Shown: one piece after another, positions 30,517-41,295 of the stretch
Position numbering within the stretch: position 1 is the stretch's first letter
Layout: each line of letters starts with the position of its first letter
Source of the DNA: Nitrosopumilus sp.
GTDB lineage: Archaea > Thermoproteota > Nitrososphaeria > Nitrososphaerales > Nitrosopumilaceae
Length of the DNA: 64,000 nucleotides
Assembly: GCA_965224195.1 (NCBI GenBank)
Contig: OZ245040.1
Span: forward strand, 1,152,001-1,216,000
Direction of reading: 5' to 3'
Notes under the pieces: generated by a model
What the model saw: the letters and a program-made list of their open reading frames with translations, nothing else
Databases searched by the model: none
Told to the model about the DNA's origin: nothing
Translations under genes and position numbers: made by a program

Positions 30517-30572
30517 GCTCAGAATCTCCGAAGACCTTATTTCTACTCTGTATACAACTAGTTTGAATCTCA

Positions 30573-30701
30573 ATGGTAAAAAATTACTGGGAAAAACGCT
30601 TCAAGAAGGAACTTGTTGAGGAAGAAGATAAACTAAAACAAGAAGCTGCTGCTGTCAAAAAGAAACTTGATGAATCTGCAGAGTCTGAACCTGAATCTTA
30701 A
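30573..30701 (+). CDS. charged microprotein (42 aa)
   Basis: manual translation MVKNYWEKRFKKELVEEEDKLKQEAAAVKKKLDESAESEPES. Confidence 0.55.
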   Translation: MVKNYWEKRFKKELVEEEDKLKQEAAAVKKKLDESAESEPES

Positions 30702-31978
30702 TTTTCATAAACACTCAAACCATTATTATCTAAATTCAATGAATGCACATGTTCACTGTGTTCTACTCGTAATTTTGTAATCCGTATGGTTCTTTTCATT
30801 TGATTGTTAATACTTTGATTATCTAATTGGATTATCCCTGATGTGACAAATGATTCTGATGGTGTGCTGTTTTCAGAATTTTCTGAAATCAATAATGATG
30901 TGACATTAAAATTTTCTAATGATTGAATCATTCCTTGCAATCCTGCCCTCATGTGAAATTTGTTAGAATATTGCATTCCTAGAATTGATATTGAATCAAC
31001 AACAATTCTTTTAGCTTTGATTTTTTTAATGCTGTTTAACATAAATTTAGTTAAATGCTCAAACGGAATTTGCTCTGCTCTATACAAAGAATCATCTCTA
31101 CCTATTATTTCATCTTTGATTTTAAATGGTCTTAGATCTATTAGCAATACTTTTCCTTTAGAAATTAAACCTTCAATGTCCCATCCGAATGCTTTACAAT
31201 CATTTTTTATTTCATCGACACTTTGTGAAAGTGAAATGTAGACTCCTGGTTCATCATGTTCTTTTGCACCTGCACAAATAAACTGTAATCCAAATATTGT
31301 TTTTCCACTACCTGGAGGCCCTGACACTAATACCGAACTTTTCTTCTTCAAACCTGTTGTTAATGAATCGAATCCTGGAATTCCTGGTATTGTGATTTCT
31401 ACATTTTTATTTTTCTTTGTTATAATTTCAGATTTAAATATTGTAAAAAATATGACACTTCCACAAACACCTACTGCGGTTGAAAATGTTTCTCCTGCCA
31501 ATACGTAAGTGGTTCCTACTAATGATGCTAACAACCCTCCTGAAAATAACATTTGAGGAAATGTTGTACTTTTTTGAATTATTTTGACTGGTTGTTTTGG
31601 TGCTAAAATTGGTTTTATTTTTTGCTGTGTATCTTGTTTTAGAATTGGAATCTTTTCAAAACATTTGTCATGAAACCAAAAATTATTTCTTCTAATTGAT
31701 TTATCTTCTAAATTAATTTCAATGTTACATTTTATCAGATCTTCTGATAACACATTATCTATGACTATTTCAGTTTCTTGAAGAACTTCAACTGGAACCT
31801 GTTCACATAATCTTATCATTCTATGAATATACAAATAATCTGATTTTGGTAATTGGCTTTCTTTATCTAATTTTTCAATGATGTAATTTGTTCTTCCATA
31901 ATCTCCGAAATCGCTTTCTAGACTTTCTTTTAATTTTAAAATAATTTCATTTATTTCCAATATGGTAAATTCTAACAA
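30698..31978 (-). CDS. KaiC/RAD55-type ATPase with N-terminal extension and two TM helices
   Basis: GIPGFD, GPPGSGKT Walker A, RIVVDSIS Walker B; hydrophobic pair before the ATPase. Confidence 0.85.
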   Translation of the reverse strand: MLEFTILEINEIILKLKESLESDFGDYGRTNYIIEKLDKESQLPKSDYLYIHRMIRLCEQVPVEVLQETEIVIDNVLSEDLIKCNIEINLEDKSIRRNNFWFHDKCFEKIPILKQDTQQKIKPILAPKQPVKIIQKSTTFPQMLFSGGLLASLVGTTYVLAGETFSTAVGVCGSVIFFTIFKSEIITKKNKNVEITIPGIPGFDSLTTGLKKKSSVLVSGPPGSGKTIFGLQFICAGAKEHDEPGVYISLSQSVDEIKNDCKAFGWDIEGLISKGKVLLIDLRPFKIKDEIIGRDDSLYRAEQIPFEHLTKFMLNSIKKIKAKRIVVDSISILGMQYSNKFHMRAGLQGMIQSLENFNVTSLLISENSENSTPSESFVTSGIIQLDNQSINNQMKRTIRITKLRVEHSEHVHSLNLDNNGLSVYEN

Positions 31979-32104
31979 TTTTCAAGTAATGGGTTATGAA
32001 TAATCAAAATTCTCTAGGGGGTCAATTATTTGGACAGTCAAATCTTGATGTCTGCTGAAAACTTTAATCTCTTGGAGATATTTTAGATAAATCAAAAAAA
32101 CTGA

Positions 32105-33218
32105 ATGTGTAGAAATATTTCATCCCATTTGATATATTCAAAATTACCTATCTGTAATTATATGTGGCTTGGAATATTTACTATATTACCAATATTTCTG
32201 ATTTTATTGTCCTCTATTGTAATTCCGTTCTCTTTTGCATCTGTTGAATCAGAATCCCAGGAAGATATCCAGGCAGGATGTAGAGATGCTCAAACTATGG
32301 TTATTCGTTATTCTTCTAATGAGTATGTCTGTGTGGATCCTGATACTGCTGATAGATGGCGTGAACTAGGAGTTGCAAAAATTATTTTTGAAAATCCAAA
32401 AGATATAGAAAAAAATGATTCTGAAGACATTCCAGTTAAAGATAATCTTGTTGAAGACCTTGAATTTCCAGGAGCCCCTCCTAAGAAAACCACTTCAATT
32501 GAATCCTCTGAATGCCGAGAGGGATATACGCTAGTGTATAGATTAACCCATCATGACACATTCTGTACTAGTCCATCTACAGCAAATATGTGGGAGATGT
32601 TAGATCTTGCAAAAATTATCACTTCTGATGAACTAATTTTTGAAGAATCATCTGAAGAATCATCTAATGATGTGACGACATTATCCAATTTTTCAGACAT
32701 TCCAAAATTATATCCGCTTAATGATAGAATTTGGGTTGCAGTAGGATATGATTCTACAAATACTTTGTTAATTGAAGGTGATTCTGGTATAATTGTAATT
32801 GATACATTGAGTTCTTACGATTCTGCAAAAAAAGTCCTTAAAGATTTTAGAATGTTCTCTGAAAAACCTATTGAAATAATCATTTACACTCAGGAAAACT
32901 CTGATCTTCTTTTAGGATCTAAAGCCTTTGTAGACGAAGGTGATGGCAGTGTTGAAATTATTGCCCCTAAGCATATTCTTGAGTTTCTCTGAAAGTGATG
33001 ACTCTGATGTTATTCCAACTCATACTTTTAATTTTGAATTTTTAATGGAGATTTCTGGTGTAAAAATGAGTCTTGGATTTGGTATTGGGGAATTTTCTGA
33101 TCAAATGTATATTTCTCTTCTAGATGACGGTGCTCTGATAATTGGAGATACTGTTTATGGAGTTGCACCCTATATTTTAGATATAGAATATCTGCAATTT
33201 GTGAACGAATCTAGATAA
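32105..33218 (+). pseudogene. exported protein with two Cys repeats and a degenerate metallo-beta-lactamase (alkyl-sulfatase-like) domain, split into two ORFs
   Basis: IWVAVGYD..NTLLIEGDSGIIVIDT..IIYTQENSDL (HxHxDH lost); second ORF carries GE..DQ..IIGD. Confidence 0.65.
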
Positions 33219-33290
33219 CCTGTTTTTTTATTTACATTTACAACCGACAATGATTTATACTTAACCTGTATTATATAGGTCGACCTAGAT

Positions 33291-33872
33291 ATGGTGAGTC
33301 ATGATGAGCCCCGCTTGGAAGTATATGAGCGTGAACGTGTTGTATTTCAGAGCATCAAAGATAATCCTGATTTACATCATAATACCCTTCTAAAACAAAT
33401 TGTTCCAAAATTCATGGCAAAAACAACTTTTGAGAAAACAAGGAATTCGCTATTGGAAAAAGAGATAATTTTTGTAACTAATCGTGGAAACATGAAATTT
33501 TATCTTCCTACTGAAAATTATGAAGAAAAACTGCATCATAGAATTGAGCGAAACACCAATACAACATTTCATGATTTAAAGTTAAAAATAAAAAAATTAG
33601 ATACTGATTATTCTCACAAAGATGTTGATGAGAAGATATCTTTGGCAAATATCTTACTGAGAAATTTAATTCAAGTTGATAATGGATTTACGTTGTTAGA
33701 TTCTGCAAAAAATCCTAAAAAGACACTATATCGTGATGAGCATCTTACAATACAACAATTGATCAATCATGTTTTTGAAGTGATGAGAAAAGACAAAGAT
33801 TTTGAGATTATTTTCCCATCTATTGTAAGTAATTTAGGAATAATGATGCCTCCAGTATCGTTGGATGAATAA
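33291..33872 (+). CDS. hypothetical protein, N-terminal winged helix
   Basis: IKDNPDLHHNTL...MAKTTFEK..LLEKEII. Confidence 0.75.
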   Translation: MVSHDEPRLEVYERERVVFQSIKDNPDLHHNTLLKQIVPKFMAKTTFEKTRNSLLEKEIIFVTNRGNMKFYLPTENYEEKLHHRIERNTNTTFHDLKLKIKKLDTDYSHKDVDEKISLANILLRNLIQVDNGFTLLDSAKNPKKTLYRDEHLTIQQLINHVFEVMRKDKDFEIIFPSIVSNLGIMMPPVSLDE

Positions 33873-33916
33873 GATTTCAACTAGTTATTTATTCGGGGTT
33901 ATTTTATGATATTCAA

Positions 33917-34156
33917 ATGGGTTTATTGTATACAAAATTTTATATGGATTTTGATGAAGATGAGTGGAAACAAATATCAAATGAGCCGATAATTTTTGAA
34001 TCTGTAAAAAAAGATGTTAGTCTGGAAATTGAAGATACGTCTCATAAATCATACAATCTTCTTTTCAAAGAAGGTGGAAAAATTCACATGTTTCGAGTTA
34101 CTGGAAAGTTTCGTTTAACATGGGATGATGAGGATTTAGTACATTCTATAAAATAA
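33917..34156 (+). CDS. hypothetical protein
   Basis: 79-aa ORF, host-like composition. Confidence 0.7.
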   Translation: MGLLYTKFYMDFDEDEWKQISNEPIIFESVKKDVSLEIEDTSHKSYNLLFKEGGKIHMFRVTGKFRLTWDDEDLVHSIK

Positions 34157-34181
34157 TAATAGGGGATTTTTAGTTATTATC

Positions 34182-34412
34182 ATGTCTTTAGAAGAACAAA
34201 TAAAAATAATTTTGGATGATTTTAAATCTGCAACCCCTGAAACAATTGTTGATATTTTAAATCAAATAAAACCTCATTTCAAAAGTACACTAATTTCAGA
34301 ATATTTACAAGGTAAAATTCAAAAAATCCAAGATTCTGATGATGATCAGGAGAAAAAGAAACAATGCAAGGCGTTATTGCCATATTTTGATTGGTATTTG
34401 CAAGGATTGTAA
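34182..34412 (+). CDS. hypothetical protein
   Basis: 76-aa helical ORF. Confidence 0.7.
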   Translation: MSLEEQIKIILDDFKSATPETIVDILNQIKPHFKSTLISEYLQGKIQKIQDSDDDQEKKKQCKALLPYFDWYLQGL

Positions 34413-34414
34413 GA

Positions 34415-34840
34415 TTAATCTGAAAAATTATTAATCTTATCTAATGCTGTTTTAATGGTCTCAAGATCTTTTTTTCCTTGAATCATGTCTCCGACTAGTT
34501 TCATATGGTATTCATTTCCTGAATCTTCTGCTTTGTGAATATCTGATTCATAACAAGATAAGGCTTTTTCAAAAAATTGTTTTTCTGCTTCCAATTCTTT
34601 TAAAAATTGTATGTCTGAAAGACCTGTTTGAATTTTTTCAATAACTTCATTAATTTTAGGAACTGTTTTTCTTGCTTGCTGGTTTAAAATTGAACCAAAT
34701 GTTCCACCTGCATCTTTTACCTCTGGGCTTTCACTTAGTGTTTTTAATCTATTTTTATAATGATTCAGTGATTTGAGAATTATCTCATAACCCCCTTCGT
34801 CTTTGAGGTATATGCCTCCTAACCAAATTTTTCCAGTCAT
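34415..34840 (-). CDS. hypothetical protein
   Basis: 141-aa helical ORF. Confidence 0.75.
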   Translation of the reverse strand: MTGKIWLGGIYLKDEGGYEIILKSLNHYKNRLKTLSESPEVKDAGGTFGSILNQQARKTVPKINEVIEKIQTGLSDIQFLKELEAEKQFFEKALSCYESDIHKAEDSGNEYHMKLVGDMIQGKKDLETIKTALDKINNFSD

Positions 34841-34955
34841 TTATTCTTGATATTTACATGTGTTATTATAATTTAGTTCTCGGGATTGCCATCAATATTT
34901 TTCTAATCTCAAATTTAAAATTATTACACGTGAATAATGAAATTTAATGCAAAGA

Positions 34956-35180
34956 TTAGGATTCTGAACTTTCCTTTAACGTTGGCTCGTTTTTGTTAAT
35001 CAAATGTAATAAAATCCCTGCAAGGCCAACCCCCATCCCACTAATCCCTACAAACGTACCTGTATCTTTTAGGAATCTTAAAACTGGATCTGTCTGTCCT
35101 AATTCGATTGAATAGAACAATATCAGTCCAAATCCGAACATGGAGATACCTACAATGGTAATCACTATGGGCATTTTCAT
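34956..35180 (-). CDS. small two-TM membrane protein
   Basis: two hydrophobic helices. Confidence 0.7.
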   Translation of the reverse strand: MKMPIVITIVGISMFGFGLILFYSIELGQTDPVLRFLKDTGTFVGISGMGVGLAGILLHLINKNEPTLKESSES

Positions 35181-35276
35181 ATTGAAAGTAATTTTTTCTG
35201 TCTAATAAATAACAACAAAATGTATGTTCTTATGCACAGGATAAACTCTTTTAATTAAATTTAAATTTCATATTGT

Positions 35277-36092
35277 ATGGATGTCCGGTTTCTTGTTTTA
35301 AGATTAATTGCTTTATTCATTATTCCAATGACATCTAGTGTATTTGCTCAAACAACCTATGATGTAAATATCCCTACTGGTGCTGCAAGCCCCGATTCCA
35401 AATATTTCTGGCAAAGTGAAAAAGATGGCTCACCAACTGGAGATGTTGCAATCTCTCTTGATGATACTATACTTTGGAAAAATGCTGATAGTTCAGCACA
35501 TACAGTAACTTCTGGTAATGCGGAGGAAGGTCCTGATGATATTTTTGATAGTAGTTTGTTTGGTCCTGGAAAATCATTTTCACACAAGTTTACAGAAACT
35601 GGTCACTTTGATTACTATTGTTTACTTCATCCTTGGATGAAGGGAACAATTATGGTGACTGCTGGGTATTTCATAATCCCTGATGTTGGAAAACTAACCG
35701 GTGATGGCTCCACATTCTTTGATGTAGAATATGATTTCAATCGAATACTTGGAAAACCCCTCATTGATACTGAACAAAAATCAATAACTTTTGAAATAAT
35801 TGGTGAAGCCCAATCTGAAAATCATGATTTAGAATTAAGATTACCTTCAGACTTGATTGATGGGAATTTTGTAATTTGGATTGATGGTGAAAAAATATCT
35901 GATTTTGATCAAATCAAAGACGATGATGTCCATGTTGTATTTCTTACAATGAATGCTGACTCTGAACTATTAACTATCATGGGTACATCTGTTGTCCCTG
36001 AATTTGGAACAATGGGAATTATGATCCTTTTAATTTCAATAATATCTGTGATTACTTTAAGCCAGAAATCTAAAATTCAATTAAAATTTTAG
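35277..36092 (+). CDS. plastocyanin/azurin-type cupredoxin with PEFG-CTERM sorting signal
   Basis: HTVTSG...YYCLLHPWM type-1 Cu ligands; VVPEFG plus TM. Confidence 0.92.
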   Translation: MDVRFLVLRLIALFIIPMTSSVFAQTTYDVNIPTGAASPDSKYFWQSEKDGSPTGDVAISLDDTILWKNADSSAHTVTSGNAEEGPDDIFDSSLFGPGKSFSHKFTETGHFDYYCLLHPWMKGTIMVTAGYFIIPDVGKLTGDGSTFFDVEYDFNRILGKPLIDTEQKSITFEIIGEAQSENHDLELRLPSDLIDGNFVIWIDGEKISDFDQIKDDDVHVVFLTMNADSELLTIMGTSVVPEFGTMGIMILLISIISVITLSQKSKIQLKF

Positions 36093-36240
36093 ATTTTATT
36101 TAAAAATCAGACTGAAAATAGTTTATCATACGATCATTTAGAAACTAAGCCTCTTTTTATCACCTAAAATTCATGTCTGTGTTAATTTTTTTGATAAAGT
36201 TATTTTTACTGGATTCAATAGCAAATTAATCAAACACAAT

Positions 36241-37997
36241 ATGACTCAATTAGAACAACTTTCTCTCAGTCAGACAATATCTAAAGTAGATGAATTAATT
36301 GATAGTGGAAATGGCGATGCTGGAAGATTATATCATATTTTAGAGTTTTTAAAAAAATAATAGACTCCTGTACCATTCAGATAAAATTTACCTTGAAAAT
36401 AAACTTGAATCTTCTTTTTCTGTAAAAGATGAATCAGTTGAAGAGAATAAACTTCTTCCTAGAATCAAAGAACTGATTGACTCTGGAAATGGAGATCCTG
36501 GTAGATTACAATACATCTATGATGCACTTTCAAATAACAAATAGCTTTATCACTCAGATGCAGATTATTTGGAATCAAAATTACATCCCGCAATCAAAGA
36601 AACAATTATTGTAGAATCCTTAAAAAAACTAATTACTGAAACTCCAAAAATAACAAAAGAAATTACTGAATCAAAAATTTCACAAAAAACTAAAGGTGTA
36701 TTGCCGAAAGGATGGTCTCAAGACATTATTTCTGAAGATGTTGAAAACATTACAAAAGACATTGAAAACATTACAAAAGACATTGAAAACATTACAAAAG
36801 ACATTGAAAACATTACAAAAGACATTGAAAACATTACAAAAGACATTGAAAACATTACAAAAGACATTGAAAACATTACAAAAGACATTGAAAACATTAC
36901 AAAAGACATTGAAAACATTACAAAAGACATTGAAAACATTACAAAAGACATTGAAAACATTACAAAAGACATTGAAAACATTACAAAAGACATTGAAAAC
37001 ATTACAAAAGACATTGAAAACATTACAAAAGACATTGAAAACATTACAAAAGACATTGAAAACATTACAAAAGACATTGAAAAAGAACAACAAAAAATTA
37101 AAACACAGGAAAAATTATCTGATGAAATTAACCAACAAAGAACTAATTTGTTACAATTAATATCCAATAGAAAAGAACGTGAATAAAAAATAACACAGGA
37201 AAAATTTTCACTTGAATCACAAATTAAGGAGGAACGAACAAAAATTGAAATTCAGACAAAGTTTTCAAATGAAATAATTGCTCAAAAAGCGGAACTTGAA
37301 AAAGTGAAAAAAGAAAAGGTCATAGCAATTGGCAAGATTGCTTTAGAAAAAAATAAAATTTCAAAAGATTTACTATCACAAAAAAAACAATTAGTTCAGG
37401 CACAATTAGAACAAGAAAAAATTGAGAAACAGGTGATACGTGAGCAGGAATTGTTGGCAAAAATGGCTATTGAACAAAAGGCCAGGTTATTGGAACAGGT
37501 ACAAATTGCTCGTGAAATTAAATCAAAACAAACTGAATTAAATAAAACAAAACAGAATTATGATGATATTGTATCCCAGGTTAATGAAGAAAAAGTAAAA
37601 TTTACAGAGTCTAAAAAATTTAAAAGAATTAATCAAATCACAAGAACAAGATCTTATACATGCCAAAGAGGAGCGACTTAATCTGATTAACACCATTGCT
37701 GCAGAAAAAAATTTATATCTAAAAAAACTGATGAGGAAAAATTAAAATTAAAATCACAAACTGAATTAACTAAACAACTCAAAAAAGAAGAAAAATCATA
37801 TGATTTACTAAAAAAGAAACGTAAAAAAATTGAATTGCAAATTAAAATTAAGAATCAAAAACTTGAAGAAAAACAACAAAAGTTAAAAAAACAAATTGAT
37901 GAAAAAAATAAAAAAACTAAAATCTATTTCAAAAAAGTCTGTTGTAAAAAAGACAGTTAAAAAACCTGTAAGTAGAAAAATTAGTACTAAAAAATAG
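36241..37997 (+). pseudogene. long coiled-coil protein broken by several frameshifts/stops (includes ORFs 36569-37186 and 37304-37681)
   Basis: ATG 36241; duplicated IDSGNGD.GRL..I...LYHSD..YLE unit; K/E/Q-rich heptads throughout; breaks mostly in A-runs. Confidence 0.7.
36743..37078 (+). repeat. perfect 21-bp tandem repeat x16 (GAAAACATTACAAAAGACATT; ENITKDI)
   Basis: counted from sequence: 336 bp / 21. Confidence 0.97.
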
Positions 37998-38615
37998 TTA
38001 TTTTATTTTTATGGTAATTTCTTCACCATTGCCTATGGGTGATGTTATAGTTCTTAGTCTGGGATTAGTTTTTAGGTGATTTGAAAATTTCTTCATTTCT
38101 GGCCTATATTTTTCTGGATATAGCATATTGTCTGTAACAATTATTCCATTTGTTGATACCATTGGAAAAATTAACTCAAAATATTTGATAATATTTTCTT
38201 TGTCTGCATCAATGAAAACAAAATCAAAAAAATTCTGATATTTTTTCTGAGAATTTAATTCTACTAGTATTTTTATTGCTAGTCCTTCTTTGATTGAAAT
38301 TCTATCTGATAATTCTGATTTTTGGAAATTTTCTTTTGCTCTTTTGATTTTGTTTGGATTTTGCTCTATGGTGATAATTTCTCCTAAATTATCTGAAATC
38401 GCTTCGGCACACCAAATCGTTGAATAACCCGTAGATGTTCCAATTTCAAGCATATTTTTTACATTATTTAGGCGCAAAATCATGTTTAGCATTTCTCCTG
38501 TTTCTTTAGTAATTGCAAGCATTCTATTTTATGCTATGACATCTAGCCTTCTTGATTTTTCTAGACTTGATTGCATCTCTAATTCATTAAGAACAATTTC
38601 AATGGGTTTTTCATC
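37998..38615 (-). CDS. class I SAM-dependent O-methyltransferase; in-frame TAA separates ATG 38615 from the main ORF 37998-38522
   Basis: LEIGTSTGYS, FDFVFIDADK, IVTDN. Confidence 0.85.
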
Positions 38616-38715
38616 TGATCGGAATAATTTTCAATAAATTTAACTTTGTCTTTAAATTGCTTTTATTGAAATATTTGATAGCTTATATTTAGCAAATCTT
38701 TTTTTTAAATTAGAA

Positions 38716-39093
38716 ATGGCAGCCAAAAAAATTGATTTACTTGATGTTGTTCAAAAAATTCTCAAATTAGACACTAAGATGAGATTTGCAGCAATTATTG
38801 ATCCTAAAGGCAATATTCGTGAGGCCATTATGAAAACAGGAAAAACTAATTTAAAAAATCAAAAGGAAGAAGAACATTTCTGTAAACAAGTTGCTCAGAG
38901 ACGTACTATGAGAAAAGAATTTGATAGATCCCTTGGTAAAGTGAGATATGTTCATGTAGAAAGAGAAAAAGTATCTCAAATGGTAATTTACACAAAACGA
39001 AATATTATTTATTTTACAATGGAGCCTGAAATGCCAATTAGTACTAAAATCAGATTAATTACAAAAATTAAAAAAATAACTTCTAGTCTTTAG
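38716..39093 (+). CDS. roadblock/longin-like thaumarchaeal protein
   Basis: ILKLDTKMRFAAIID..G...FDRSLGKVRYVHVEREKV. Confidence 0.75.
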   Translation: MAAKKIDLLDVVQKILKLDTKMRFAAIIDPKGNIREAIMKTGKTNLKNQKEEEHFCKQVAQRRTMRKEFDRSLGKVRYVHVEREKVSQMVIYTKRNIIYFTMEPEMPISTKIRLITKIKKITSSL

Positions 39094-39112
39094 GCTTTTT
39101 TAACAACACCAA

Positions 39113-39487
39113 TTGTTAGATAATATGACAATTCGTAAATATTTTGGTGATTCAAAAATGTTTGAATACGATAAATTTTATCGTGAATGTCAGCAAGAAA
39201 ATAGACCTTTTATTAAGGCAAAAATAAATCCTCTCCACGGAAATTACCTTGTACAAATTGATTTGATTACATGTAATTTTGAATTATCTATTGACATGCA
39301 AGAAAAAATTTCTAAATTAATCCAAGATGAAATTGAATATGTAAAGTCAAATTCAGAATATCTATTTGAAGGATTTAACATCGATAAAGAATTAGCTTGG
39401 TTTGATGGTGTATCATCAGAACATCTTGAGGTTTTTTGTAATTCCCTATATGATTTATCTTTAAAATCAAGCCTAGAATCGAATTAA
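39113..39487 (+). CDS. hypothetical protein
   Basis: 124-aa ORF. Confidence 0.7.
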   Translation: MLDNMTIRKYFGDSKMFEYDKFYRECQQENRPFIKAKINPLHGNYLVQIDLITCNFELSIDMQEKISKLIQDEIEYVKSNSEYLFEGFNIDKELAWFDGVSSEHLEVFCNSLYDLSLKSSLESN

Positions 39488-39679
39488 ATTTTTTAAAATT
39501 TTATCAATAACTTGAATTTCTTGTTTTCGTTCCTTTATTGTGGATTGATTCCACTCTTTTGCAAATTCTGATTGTTTATCCATTTTTTCCAGCATTTCGA
39601 TATATTTTACAAGATGAATTTTGTAGTCATGAAGCATGTCTAGATGCTTGTTATGATTTTTCTCAGTTGGTGTGACCAT
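39473..39679 (-). CDS. hypothetical protein
   Basis: internal start MVTPTEK of the 91-aa ORF; helical. Confidence 0.6.
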   Translation of the reverse strand: MVTPTEKNHNKHLDMLHDYKIHLVKYIEMLEKMDKQSEFAKEWNQSTIKERKQEIQVIDKILKNLIRF

Positions 39680-39896
39680 TCCATTCCTCCTCTTTGGTAT
39701 CTGGAAACATATCTCTGATTCTTTTCTTATCCTTCTGCATTGCATCAATTCTATTTTCTAAATGACTTTTGATTGCTGGCTCTCCTTCCTGGTCTTTTTC
39801 TTTTTGAATATCTGAGATTACTTTGGTAAGGGATTTGTAATATGAGATGTGATTTTTTTTAGATTCATCTGATGTATCTTCTTCTTTTACATCCAT
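39663..39896 (-). CDS. hypothetical protein
   Basis: 77-aa charged helical ORF. Confidence 0.7.
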   Translation of the reverse strand: MDVKEEDTSDESKKNHISYYKSLTKVISDIQKEKDQEGEPAIKSHLENRIDAMQKDKKRIRDMFPDTKEEEWNGHTN

Positions 39897-39997
39897 TGTA
39901 TCTTATAATATAATTGAAAATAAGTACTTGATGGTACTTTGAATTTATGATTTCATAATCCCGATACGCTTAAGTTAATTATTCATACAGTAAATTT

Positions 39998-40132
39998 ATG
40001 GATCTGAATGAAATACTCACAAGAGAAAGAGATTCTGTAAGAGATGAAAATATGGAGTTAAGAAAAAAAATAAATGTACTTGAATTAAAAATACGGGAAT
40101 CCGAGAAAAAAAATGAAAAATGTGTTAATTGA
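39998..40132 (+). CDS. coiled-coil microprotein (44 aa)
   Basis: manual translation MDLNEILTRERDSVRDENMELRKKINVLELKIRESEKK...; overlaps next gene. Confidence 0.55.
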   Translation: MDLNEILTRERDSVRDENMELRKKINVLELKIRESEKKNEKCVN

Positions 40133-40406
40133 TCAAAATTGCAAGTGGTTAGTAAATGAAGATGCTAAAAAATATCTAGAAAATTATGATAAAATATTCG
40201 TTGTTGGAACTGATTTGAAACAAAGAGATTATGATGAGACACTAGCAACCTTTTGCAAAGATAATGACTGTGAGTTACTTACGGCTGATAATCGTGCGTA
40301 TATTCATTTTTTTAGTGAGAAAAAAATTAAAAATGTTCAATTATCTGAATTCACTTATGAAGACAAGGCAGATAGACCCATCTATCTTGTTAAGATTGTA
40401 GACTAG
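40113..40406 (+). CDS. PIN-like (Mut7-C/DUF5615-type) protein
   Basis: VLIDQN...DYDETLATFC...LLTADN. Confidence 0.7.
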   Translation: MKNVLIDQNCKWLVNEDAKKYLENYDKIFVVGTDLKQRDYDETLATFCKDNDCELLTADNRAYIHFFSEKKIKNVQLSEFTYEDKADRPIYLVKIVD

Positions 40407-40969
40407 TTCACATTCTTTGTGTCAATATGTGATATTCTCAAATTTGCAAGAACTTCATTAAGAAAATCCCCCTCTGACTGATGTGTTATGCTGTTCATTA
40501 TTGATTCCCAACAATCATTTATTTTTCTTATAATTTGTGAATACATTTTGTCTTTTTTGAATGTAGGATAGTATGACAATAGTTTCATTATTCCATCAGT
40601 TGATTGAACTATGTGTATTTGATGAATAATTGATCTTAGTCTTTCATGATATGAGAAATTTTCCTCCTTGACTGTAATTTCAAAATTGGAAATTTCTTCA
40701 AATATCATATCAACTTCTTTATGCAAATTTTTCAGTTGATTATTTACAGATTCTGAGAGATTTATCAACTCATATTCAATATGGGAACGACTGTGAACTT
40801 TTTTATCAATTTCCCCAGCTTCCACTAGTTCACTTATTTCTCTATATACTATTTTCTCATTTCCTACTTTTTCTATCACTCTTTTGGCAAGATCTGTACC
40901 TCTAATCTTTCCATTTTCATTTAGTATCCTGATAATTTCTGTTTTAATAATTTCTGAATTTTTATCCAT
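40403..40969 (-). CDS. winged-helix domain protein
   Basis: IIRILNENGKIRGTDL...YREISELVEAGEI. Confidence 0.75.
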   Translation of the reverse strand: MDKNSEIIKTEIIRILNENGKIRGTDLAKRVIEKVGNEKIVYREISELVEAGEIDKKVHSRSHIEYELINLSESVNNQLKNLHKEVDMIFEEISNFEITVKEENFSYHERLRSIIHQIHIVQSTDGIMKLLSYYPTFKKDKMYSQIIRKINDCWESIMNSITHQSEGDFLNEVLANLRISHIDTKNVN

Positions 40970-40984
40970 TATTTCTCCTAAAAT

Positions 40985-41218
40985 TTACTTTTGATATTTT
41001 GCAATTACTGCCTTTTCTCCCATCTCGCTAATTTCTGTTACTAATTTTTCTAATATCTCAACACCTTTTTTTATTGGTTCTTTTTCTAAATTTTTATATT
41101 CTAACTTTTGTTTGAGTACCATTCTTTCATTATTTACAAAACTCAATAATGGCACATTTTCCCCCATGTTTAGATTTATGAAAAAATCAATATATTCTTC
41201 AGTTGATTTTATTGCCAT
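40985..41218 (-). CDS. hypothetical protein
   Basis: 77-aa ORF co-oriented with neighbour. Confidence 0.7.
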   Translation of the reverse strand: MAIKSTEEYIDFFINLNMGENVPLLSFVNNERMVLKQKLEYKNLEKEPIKKGVEILEKLVTEISEMGEKAVIAKYQK

Positions 41219-41295
41219 ATTTTGTATTCTTTAATCTAGTATTTGTTTGAAGTTATTCATACTAGGTTTATTTACAATTTTGATTAAACCTGGGT

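Noticed and set aside
36743-37078. CRISPR array
   Set aside because: Head-to-tail identical units with no spacers
36680-37167. Long alternative-frame ORFs (FCNVFNV, LQKTLKT, MFSMSFV repeats)
   Set aside because: By-products of a stop-free 21-bp tandem repeat; only the ENITKDI frame joins flanking coding sequence
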